Below, one piece after another: positions 8,669 through 20,600 of a DNA stretch of 64,000 nucleotides. The position numbers and the translations under genes are program-made. A model generated the notes under the pieces. The model was not told the origin of the DNA. It saw only the letters and a program-made list of their open reading frames with translations, and made no database searches. The stretch comes from a virus: positions 1 through 64,000 of the IMG/VR virus record IMGVR_UViG_3300050011_000164. One strand, given 5' to 3'. Each line of letters starts with the position of its first letter. The first letter of the stretch is position 1.

Positions 8669-11600
8669 TTATGCTGTAAAGACAAACGCTGGGTGTAGCG
8701 TAATACCGCCGCGATACCCAGTTTCTTCGCCTAACTCTTCTTTGGCACTTTCTTGCGGGGTCATTCCCTTTTTAACGGCTCCCCCGATGGTTCCGAAACA
8801 ATTCCCTCGGTCAACATCGGGCGATCTCCACGCAAGTCCTATCCTACCCGTTGTTGGACAAATGAGGAGTATCCCTGATGCTGCGTTGCCCTCACCTGAC
8901 CAAAATCCCTCCTCACCAAACCCTTCGGCGGCAAACTTATCATGCTCAATGCACCCACCACAAGAACAGGCCGCACACTTCGACATAGCATCTTTGAGTG
9001 CCGCTTGCTTGAGAAACACGGCTATCTTCGCGGGCATTTTCTTCAGACCGTTAGCTTCCTTGAAAGACGCCCCTTTAACTTGAGGGTTGTCCATAAACTC
9101 TCCCGTGTTTTTCTCCACCTCGCGAGCCTTGTCGTCCCAAATGGTGATCATTCCGGGGTCTTTCTCGTTCGTGGAATCCAAGGCTACCCCGATGTATTTC
9201 TTGGTGTAGGCTCGAATCAATCGCTGAAGCTGGTCACGATTCTCCCCGTCCGCTAAACGAGCGGTGAATACCTTGACAGTGTGTCCTTCGGCTATCGCTT
9301 TCTTGATCTTCTCCACCATCGCGAGAATAGGAGGTCCGATAGCCAAGGGAACAAATGGTTGCATGTCGTAGGCGATAGTCCCGTCGAGGTCTACGCCAAT
9401 CCATGGAAGGTACTCGGGTGCAGCGGTGTCCTTTGTACTACCTTCCTTCAACTGCTTGGGATCAATATCCAATGGGAATATTTCGACATCATTAGCCGTG
9501 AAGGTAACATCAGGAATTTTCTTCCAGTTATATCCACCGCCAGTCTCATAGAGAGAATGCGGGATGTCAATTCCCCAAGCCTCGTCGTCATCGTACACAA
9601 GAAGCCACGAGTGATCGTCTCCTTCCTGACCGCCCTCGGTGACCTGACAATCAATGGCGTTGCGGGCAATTACTTCGGCGATAGCATTAGCGATCTCAGC
9701 ACAAATGCCGCCCGCCCCCAGTACCTCATCCACGCCCTGTTCATCCTGTTCCCATTCGTCATAGACCTTTTGAGCAGTCTCGGCAAAGCGACCTTTCAAC
9801 AGTATGAGTTGCGACTTCAAATAACTCGTCGCTTGTTTTGACGCGATAGCCGCCGTCTTGCCCTCGCCCCATACTTGATCGATAGCACGCCATAGGTCAC
9901 CGAGAGAACCTTTACCCGATTCGTTGCCTAAATCCCACACAACTTCCGAGCCCTTGCAGATAGTGCCGAGTGCGCGACGTTGAGCGGGGGTAGGTTCATT
10001 CTTCGCCTCTACAACCCAGCCATCATAATCACCGTATATGCGTACCGCTCCCGTCTCGTGAAGTAAGCGACCTACTTGGGTAACTCCGACTTTCTTTGGG
10101 TCTTCGCCAAAAGCGACACAAGCGATCTGCTCGTGATAGGCGCTCGTGGAAACCATACCATCTTTCCAAATAAATCGAGGATCGGGCATCGCTTCATAAG
10201 GATGTTCCGCAGGGTAGGATTTACGGGCAACCTGCTCGGGCTTGCTTTTAGCCGCCGTCTTGACTACCCGCCCGTCGTTGTAGTAGCTGATTTTGGTGAT
10301 CGCCGACCGTGGGATATCGCCCTCGATGCGACGGTACATGTCGCCTTCCTCGAAATGTTCGGGGTCGGGCTCGCTCTTGCTGTAGTCCCAGATGAACTCG
10401 ATCACGGCGAACTGTTCGCTGTCCGTGGTACTCATGCCATATTCTTTTGCCGCGTACTCAGCGATGGCACACCAAACGTAAGGCTTCTTGGTGTCGAGCG
10501 AATCGCTGCCAGCCTTCAGACCTTCCTTGTCAATCTGTTCCGCCGCTTCCCACGATGTGCCGTGGTAGAAAACCTGAGGAGCATCTTCGTGGGCTGATGC
10601 GGCCACGCCCTTAGCCTTGGGTTGAACTTTGCGAGCATCCGTCACTTCGTACTTGCTGCCGAACTTGGTGTTCCACTGGCTGAAGAAGTCTGGCGGGATG
10701 GTGCCCCAATGCAAGATCATTTGAGCGGGAGTCTGCCGATCCCGAATTTCTACGATAGCGAGGATGTGGTTCGACCCGCTGAAGCCAATTGGCTCGTTGA
10801 CGCGGGAGGTGTTCATGTTGTATAGCTGATTCTTCGAGGACTCAGTGGACGGGCGGGCGAGGAGTCGCAATGTACGGGTAACCTTCTCTGCCGCTTCGCG
10901 AAACGCTGCTTCTCCTTCGGCTCCATCAGGGAGCACGGTGTTCATATCGGGGCGTTGCTTTTCCTTCGGGGTGCCGTAGAAGACCTGATCCCATGACCGA
11001 ATGTAAGCGTAGTTGTCCTTGACGTGACCTGCCGCACGAGTGACGGCTGCGAGCCATACGCTGGGTAGAAGCTTCTCAAGTTCCTTTTTCAGTTCGGGGT
11101 GGAACGACATCCCACGTTCTGCAAATTTACTCCCCCACTGTGTAAGGCACTTACCGATGTAATCATCCCGCATTCCTTCTATTTCTTGTTGCCATGTCTC
11201 GGCAGCACCTTCTTGTGTAGCCGCTAAGTAGTAGCAAAGAACGTGGAAGGTGTTGTCGCTCAAATGCTTGATTGGAGCGCCCAAGACTCCTGTGACGTTA
11301 TCTTCGTCAAGATACATGGTGTTGGGCTGAAGCTCCATGATGACGACCAAACAGCCGCCGCGAGCCTTCTTGTCTTCAGTGTTTGGGGCTCCCGTCGCCG
11401 TCATGAGGTTCTGCGTCACATAGGTGCCGCCGTAAGACTGACGACTGGGTGCGGTAATGCTCGCGTCAGGATCGTCTGCCCAGACCTTTTCCGTGCCTTC
11501 GGGAACCAACCCCTGACTCATGATGCTTTGCAGGTTCTTGAGGCTGGTGCCGTGATACCAGATGGACTTCGGGGCGGCGGTCACACCAATAGCTTTGGAT

Positions 11601-14600
11601 TCCTGAGGAATCAATATAGTGTATTTGGGGAACTTCTTCTTGAACATATCCACTACGGCATTGGCAATAAACCCATCTTCTAGAGGGTTAGATGGCGCAT
11701 TCTCCAAAGTTACAGTCTTCTCATCCCTGTCAATTTCAGCGTAACCTCGATCCACCTCATCGAATTTCCGACCACTAGCCATCTCCTTGCCCATGGTCTT
11801 TGCTACCAAGTCCGCGTGAGGACCTATTTTTCCTATCCTTGAAAACGCACCATAATCAGGGTGATAAATCCATTTTTCGTATCTGTCTTCCACGTCTCTC
11901 CAACTGCCGCGCTTCTCCCTCGACGATGGGGCATTCTCGTTAATGAAGCGGTGCATCAGGATGATGGCACTTTCTTGCGCGGAAGTCGCCTGACTAAGCG
12001 TGTAATCGTTTTGCACGCCCAATTCGCTGAATGTATTCTGGTACGTTGCATAGAAGTCCTCGGCTTCATGAAGGTTATTCTCGGCCTCTCCAAGCATCTC
12101 ACCCAGATACTTCCTGTCCTTCCGATTCGACTTACGTAGATATTCCTTGCAGTGGTATAGCAAGCTTGCTATCGTCTTCTGTTGCCGCTCGACTACTGCT
12201 TCCGCAACGATGGGGAGCGCATCTACCCGCGCTCTGCTGGGGTGATACAAAATCGCATCGTGCTCAGTCAACAATGATTCATGCGTCGGAGCCGCAGTCT
12301 TAACTACGGGCGCTTTATCCCTAGCGTACTTCGTAAACTGCTTGGGCTCCCAATAGAGCTTCCAATGTTTCTCGTACTTGCCCGTCAATTCGCAGATCGA
12401 CTCCCCGGGTTTCTCTACCTTAAGAACGGTGGTCTCGGCAACAGGCATCTTGTCGAAAGTAAAGTAGACCTTTTCATTTGGCAGAACGGCGGGACGACCC
12501 TTGAACGCCCAGAACTCCAGATTGTGTGCGGGCGGTTCGTCCCAGAAGTGACCACGGGAATCTTTTGGAACTTCGATGAAGAAAGCAAACTTGGCGAAAT
12601 CTGACGCCGCCTTGACGATATCTGATGATCCCCTGACGATAGGTTCAACGGTCTGGGACTGGATAGCATCGGGATTAAATAGGGCGACTGACACATGCTT
12701 GCCACGTTTGTTGCCGCTGTACACATCGTTGCAGATGACGCCATCCACTCCGTTGTTCTTCAGGAGTTCGACGTTAGCGGGCCTGCCTTCGAGTACACCG
12801 TAATCTGTGTAGTGCTTTACGAATTCCTCATCGCTCATTGGCGGATACCCGTTGCTGCCTCGCCAGACATCTACGTTCTTTTTGATCTGCTGAACCAGTG
12901 GCTCGTTTAGATCGCGGAGGTCAATGATCTTAGCGTCGGGCTTGAGGATGACCTTGAACATGCGGCTCTGCCCCTTTTGATAGTGCTGATTGGCGTAAGA
13001 CTCCGCATCCTGCTTCTCTGCCAACCAGATGATTCCATGGCCCAGCCCAGATAGCTCGGTGAAGTCGCCTTCTTTGTTGGTGCCGTGGTAGAAAACTCGG
13101 TCTTTTGGCGTCAGGGCGGCGGTCTTAGCATAGGGGTCAACCTTGCTCACAAACTGTACAGCGTTCCCGCTGTAGGTACGCCACTCACCCAATGCCGACT
13201 CGCGGGTGCCCATCGCACCAGCTATGGGCTTGAATTGGAGAATTGCAATCTGCTCGATTGGTGTGCTGGCGAGTGCTGGGATGTTCGTACTGAAGAACAG
13301 GGGATTCATCGGCCCGCCCGCGTTCTCACGTGCGGCTGCCCACGTCTTGTAAAAATCAAAGGTGCGGTCCTGAAGCTCGGCATCGGATAGCGGCTGCATC
13401 CACGTTACCCAACGCCCCATACCATCCCCACCCATCCAACCTTCACCGATGGGTTCCGCATTGCCCATCTGATCCTGCCGTTTACCCATGGATACTTGCT
13501 CAATCTTCTTACCATCGAGTAACGCCTGAATATGGTCGGGCCAAGGTTGTCCCACGTTCCACTTTTTATCGCCTGTGTAATATGCCCCGCCCCACGTGAT
13601 CGCTTCGTATATCCACGGACGACTGGCGGTCGTGCCCTTTGTCGCCATGTCGATCATCTGCTGTAGGGTGAATTCACCGCTTGCAACCTTACGACCCTCT
13701 ACCATAGCAAGGTAGATGCTCTGTGCGGTTGCCAGATCGTCAGTGAAGCTGACGGCTTTGTCGGTGCCGCCGCCGAGTCCCGTACCCTGATCCATCGACA
13801 ATTGGTAGCGGGTCTTCAAACCTCCTGACATAACTTGGTCGGCTGCGGTTGTCACGTGGTACAGATTGGCTGGCAGGGGCTTGAACGTTCCCGGCAGATA
13901 AAGCCCACGAGCCTTGGCTTCTTCGGGAGCGAGTTTTCCTTCTGATACGGCAGCGAGAGCAAGCTGTTCCCAATGATTGTTCTTCTTGTAACGTTCCGTC
14001 GTCGCTTCCTGCGGCTCTTCTTCAAACATCTGAGTCTCGGGATTGATTGGTGGGTATGGAGAATATTCGTTTCTCGCCATCTCCCATGGTTCCGCAGCCG
14101 TTTTCTCTGAAGCTTGCTTACCAGTGCCGTAACGCTCTGCCATCCAGCGGACAGCCTCGCCATCTGGAGCTTTCGAGAACGCACTACCGTCGTTGGCGGC
14201 ATCGACAATCTTCGGATCACGTTCCATCAATTCTTCCCACGTGCCGTCTTCCATCAGGTAACGCACGTGGTGGTGGAACGGCTCATGGAATGCCACGATC
14301 TGGTTGAGAGGAACGTCGCCGTTTGCAATGACGTGATGGTAACCCTTTGCCCACTCTTCAGGACTATCTTCTTTACGAGGGTATTCTGCCCGATGACTAA
14401 TCTGCTCAGGAGATAAGTAGAGTTCAACAAATAAGTGAGTGTCGCCCGGGGGACGAGTAGATGCCCATATACCTGCGGACGGCCCTGAGCCGCTCCCGTC
14501 ATCGCCGCGAGCAAACGACGCAAGCAATCCTCGCTTCTTGATGCTCTCGAAGCTTTCTCTGCTCTTCGTGTAGTGATACAGCCGAACTGTTCCCGCAGGA

Positions 14601-17600
14601 ATCTGAGTCTCACCCGGCTCAAGCGGAATCTCACTGGCGGCGAGCTTGGCGACTGCACGCTGAGCTTTGGGCTTCTTCGGGGCTTTTTTCGGCAGCAATG
14701 ACGCAGCGTTCGCAATCGCGTAATCAACAACTTCCGACAAACCCCCCTCGAATAACGGATTACCATCTTGATCCTGAATAGACCATGTGCTGTATCCGTC
14801 ATTGAAAATTGGAATGATGTTCTTGGCATCCTTACCCCAGAAAATGATCTGCTCGAAATCATCCCCCGTATGGTACGTCTCGATGCCGTTTGCTTGGAAT
14901 AGGACGCAGTGCCGACCGTAGTCTTTCCCGAGACCTTCGAGGTTACGGTGGTGGGCATCAATGGCAAAATTATACCCGCCCATCTTCTTTGCCTCATCCT
15001 TGAAGTACGTTGTCAGAGCGAGCGTCTCTACCCGATCCATACCGAACTTAAATCCGTTCTTGGCAATCTCTTCGGGGTGATCGGTGAAGTGCACTAACCA
15101 AGCATTCTTGACATCACGCCGATAATCTACGGTCAGGAACGTTGGGGCATTAGCTGGGTCATCCTGCATCGCCTGACTACCATACTGTTCGAGGAAATCG
15201 CTCAGTATGTCATCGGAGACCATACTGAAATCGTCCATGTACTCGTCTTCATCGAGGTTTTCCAAAAATTCGGGATGCTCGTTCTCTACGAATTGTCTCC
15301 AGTAACCGCTGAATATACGAGCTAACTCTTCGCCCATATCACGGCGGCTCGGGGTAAGGTAGCTCCGCAGGTTAGCAAGATCGGCTGCCGCCGCATTCTT
15401 CTCTATCTCCACGAAATCAGGTCCAGCTTCGGGCGTCTCGGGAGCAACCTGTTTCTCCAACGCCTTGCCGCGATAACGGGACGCGGGGATGAGTCCTAGC
15501 TTCTTGCAGATTGGGCAATGGCGATTCAGCCCGCCCTGATTCTTCATTCGACGCTCGAAGTCTCTATCCACGTTATCCCAAATACGGGCAACGGTGAACG
15601 AAATACCTTTCGCATGAATGGCTTCAATCAGCTTAACTCCTGAGGTTGCTTTGTAGTGTTGGTCGATACGTTCCTGTGCATTCTCACTCCATCCCATGTA
15701 ATGGCGAGCGTGGAATGGTTTCTTAGCATCCTCGCGGCTGCTGGGAACCTCTTCCTTCGGGTCGATATCGAAGTGCAGGAGATAAACCTGACCCTTAACC
15801 GACGCGGTGACCGTTCGCACAGGGGGTTGCGACCATCCTGATTTCTTATCGTACTGGATTCCCTCAAGCTCAAATTGTGTACCCTCCAGCAAACGTACTT
15901 CTTTTTCGTTTTCGCCCAATGAAGGAAACATGTTGGAGTAGATGGTGCCTTCCCAGTCAACGTTATCCTCATTGATTACGCCGTGCAACGTCACACTCGG
16001 CCCACCCGTACCCCAGTGGCACTCTGCGGCACCCTCCTCCCACGACCAGTAGATGCCCACGCCTTGGTACTTTATTGCCTGCAATCCTTGCTGGAGTTTC
16101 GCTTGTGGAGTGTCGGGGAACAGGTGTTGCTGTTGTGCGTCCTTAGCCTTTGGTAGGGAGATGCAGCGGAACACGTCCATCGGAAACTGCCAGCCCTGAT
16201 ACTCAGCTACCAGATTCTCGTAACGCTCACGGAAATCTCCGACTGCGCGTTTACGCAGTATATTTTGGTACGACTTGACCTCGGCTGGGTTGCTGGGGTC
16301 TTCCAGACCGTAGCCGTATGTTTCCGCCTCATCGACATCGTACTCGCTGAGCAGCTTACCAATGCCGCCCATCTTCTTCAGCCACGCATTGAACGACTGG
16401 AAGCTTGCTGCCGTCTTGGTCGAGGCTGTCGTTGCTTCCTCGGGATACTTCGCTTCCCAGTCTCTCTTTTGCCGACGCTGTAGCTCCTGCTTATGGTACT
16501 TGTTGGCAGTGTAGGGATCAATCTCAGGCTCGATGATGCCTTTCTGTTTGACCTGAGTGGGCTTGAACACGATGTAGTCGTCCGCCAGACTCTCGTGATG
16601 GAGTTCGTAAACGTTTTTGATGATCGCCCCATCATAGCCATTCTCGTAGGCGTACTTAGCGAGGATGTCGGTGTCAACCGTATCCATTCCCTCAGCGACC
16701 CAACCCTTCAATTTCTTGGGAGTAGGAATGGAAGAGTACCCAGACCCCTTGGCGTCCACAATAAGGGGTTTATTCATCGTTAGGTAGCACTCGTGCACGA
16801 AGGTGCCGTATGCCTGTGCAACGAGCGGATCGGAACTGAAGAATTTTCCAATCTTGTATTGGTCGATCTGGATTTCATCAGACCACTCACGGTGGGTGCC
16901 GTGATAAACTGGACCGTACTGCTTGGCGACCTTGCCTGCTTCCTTCTTCTCCTCTGGGAACAAAGGCGTTTTCTCTAACTTCGGGAACGATTTTCCGCCC
17001 ATGCCGTGGGCAACATCTGCAATCATGTCTACCTCGTCAGGTAGCATCTGGGTTGACCCGCTCGCCTTTTTGTACCCAGCGAGTGAATTCAGGGTGCTGG
17101 TACCGCCTTGTACAAACCAACTTGCGAGATCGCTGCGGGCATGGACGATGTTTAGGATGCGGTCAACAGCTTGGAGCTTCTGCTCAGCCGTTTGAGCCTG
17201 TTCAAGGCGGATAGCACTATCGACAAGCTTATCTAGGGCATAATCAGTTAGCCGCCACTGTCCGCTGTCGTCGTCGAAAAAGGTGTAATCAACATCCTCA
17301 ATGTTGGGAAGGTCCTTAACGTACTCCTCGCCCATGACTGATTCAACAAACTGTTCGGATGCTTGGTCAGTGTGTCCGCAAAGGATTGTGTTGGTATGAA
17401 TTTTCCAGATATTTTCGAGTATCCGCCACGTAATGTCGTCCATGCCTTTTTCATCGCGTACTATACCTGTCTTGGCATAGTCGTTCCAGATTTTCTTTAG
17501 ACGAGCAGCGGGCACCACATCCCACTTCTGACGATACGAAGGGTCGTTCCGATGTGAGTCAAATTCCTGAATAACGGATTCTGCAATGGAATCGAGCCCC

Positions 17601-20600
17601 GTGAAATAAGACTCCGCATCGGCGGTCTTCAATAAAGACCCAAACTTCGGTGTTGGAATGACCTTGATTGCGTTCGCGGGGATGTCGCCAAGGTAAGCAA
17701 CTTGACAACTGTATTTGAGGCTTACTTCCCACGGCACAAGTGCCCAATTGTCGCCGTACTCTTCTTTTACCCACGGTTCGATGTCGCCACTGTAACGCTC
17801 CCAAACATCGGGGAAATCGTAGTCATCTGGACGGAGCAAGTCTTGGCGCAGGTTGCTGACCGTGATCTGAAGGATGATCCAGTTCTCGGGCTTCACCCCT
17901 TTGTGCCCCGCGTAGTTGGCTGCTGTCGTTTGATCGCAGGCGAGATACGTAGCTTTCTGCCACTCGATGTTGCTTTCGTTGAATTCAACACGCAACCCAC
18001 CATTCAAGATGGCGTCGAGATTCTTTTTGTCGGTGCCGTGATACAGGTATTGCGGAATCGGGAAGGGTTCCTCGGCAGCCCGAGCCGTCTTCTCTTCATC
18101 TGGGAACAGCGGGTTCTCTTCTAGCTGTGGGAAGTCCTGTCCGCCAATGCCTTTCTGTCCACGCATAGGTAGGTTCTTGGAATCGTCGCCGTAAGCCACG
18201 ACCGTTTTCTGGATTGGCTTCCTGTAGCCATCCCCATATTCGATACCCACTAATCGAAGCTCGGCACCTGCCACAACTGTGATCTCATTCTCCTCCTCGT
18301 TGAGCATGTTCGCGAGAAGAGTTGCATCCCAATCCACGTCGGTTGAGCGCAATACCTTGGCTTTCAGGATTACAGTTTGAGGATTCTTCGGGTGCGGACC
18401 ACCTTGATCCCACATTGACCCCGAACCAAAGTACGCATCGGCACTATTTTCAACCCACGTCCAATAGACACCCGCGTGCTCCAAGTTCGGCTGCGTGCCA
18501 GTCTCGACTTGAACCGCACGATAGATGGTGATGGGGAAATCCACCGTGCTGAAGTGAGCGACGTTCTCGTCATAGCGGTACCCAGCCTCGTTGAAATCGT
18601 CAGGCTGGTACATCGGGTTCGCATCACACCAGTTGTCAAACGGCATGGGCTTGAAATTCTGAGCCCCGGTCTTGAACAAGGCGGGCGAAAGAGTTTCGAG
18701 TGACGGTAGGTCTTCTACACCCTTTACACACTCGGGAATGTCGGCGTAGGCATTCGTCTCCTCGCCCATCTCTGGATTCTCATACTGCGTATCGCTCATC
18801 GGCGGGGTTTTGTGTGATGCCGTGATTTCCCCCTGCTCAGGATCAAACTTCCCCGTGTTACCCGTAGCCGACTTGATCTGATTAGCTTCAAACACAGCGT
18901 AGTTCACCGTACCGAGTTCGATCAGGATCACGCCATCGTGTCCCATTTGCTTGATGTAGTTTATAAAGCCCGGGAGTTCCAACACCACCCAATTGCCCTC
19001 TCGAATCTGCTTCATGAATGCCTGTCGGTCGTAGTTGGAATAATCCTCGGGTACGAGTTCCTCGGGCGTCTTATTTGTGGCGTCTGCAACCAGACGCTCG
19101 TACTCATAGTCTCCTTCGCTCCAATTTGGCGAGACTTCCTCCAGCCAATCCAAGGCGGTGCTCTGACCTTCGTCGGTGCGGAAGTCAAACGGGTCTTCGA
19201 TCTTCAAGTACACGGGCATGACGTTTCCGCCCGGGTCCTTATTTGGGGACGAATAGAGACTGGCAAACTTCGGGTCCGTACTGAAGAATGCAAGATAGTC
19301 GCCGCTATACTCCTTCTCGAACTTCTGAATATCGGATGAAGGCGTGCCGTGGTACACAATAAGAGGGTTACCATGCTTGTCCACGACTTTCGAGGCACCG
19401 AACCACGCCTTAAATTCAGGCGTTTCGGTAAACGGCTTCGTTGGGTTTTTGACATTTTTGGTCGGCTTATAGGCTGCGGACTTAAGAGGTTTGCCAAAAG
19501 GCACTCGAACCTGACCCCCGCCCTTCTGTGATAAGGTGATGTCGTTCACTTCAAATGTCACACCCTCAACCCAATCCAACCCATCGTACTTGGCGGCAGC
19601 TTCGGGCTTGACATAAGCAAGCGTCACGTGCGGCTTGTAGTCGAAGTCATCCTTGCGGGTGCTCATGGCCTTGTTGACCATATCGTGCAGAACTTCAAGC
19701 TCAGGAGCGTGCGCTTCAACTACAATGGGAGCCTGAGCATCAGAGCTTTCACTCACCTCGAATACATGTGTTTTGCCCAGCGTAACGGTGAACGGCTTCT
19801 GATCGGCGACGACTTGGCTGAGTAAGGCTGAATCAGCTTTGATGCCGTACTTGATCGTGATGTGAGCCTCATCTTCCCGCCCATCCTCGCCAAGCTCCTC
19901 ATCAGGAATCTGTGTAGCGGCTTCGTACATCTTAGCCGCAGCATCAGGCGACAAGTTGATGTGAGCCGTCGCGTTCTTGTGTGGACCTGAGTTGGCTTCC
20001 TTTGCACCCTCGATAGCATCGAGTTCGTCCTGTATGGGGGAGCAAGCGAATTTCGCCATCGGAGCATTAGCCCAGAGGTCTTGGAGCTTCTGTTCCTGTT
20101 CTGGAGTACGTGGGAGATTCCATCCCGTGTACTGCTTAATTCGACCTCGCCCTTTGGTGAATACGGAGTCCGTTGTCTTAACCAATTTGAATTCGCCCGA
20201 AGCCCAGTCAATCCCATCGAGGTACGCCATAGCCTGACGGCTAAGCCCCACCGCCCATTGCCAGCCCAAACGTTGCTTGTGCCGCCCGTACACGTAGTTG
20301 TTGAGCAGGACAAAGATTTCCTTGCCCTGATCGTCCACTACGGTGTCCTTATCGGATTTCTCTGTCACAAAGTCCGCACCGTATTTTGCATCGAAACGCT
20401 TGGCGACTTCTTTCCACTCCTTGCCGTGTCCATCTGGCCCAAAAATGTTTTGATACCGTTTGTAGGTTTCGTAACCGATTTCCAGAAGTTTTGGCTTGGC
20501 AATGAGCAAGGCGACTTCATGATGACACAGTTCATGGGCAATAACGCGACGGAGGGTCTCCTCATGCCCCAGAACCTTCTTCTGAATTTCCAATGTGGTA

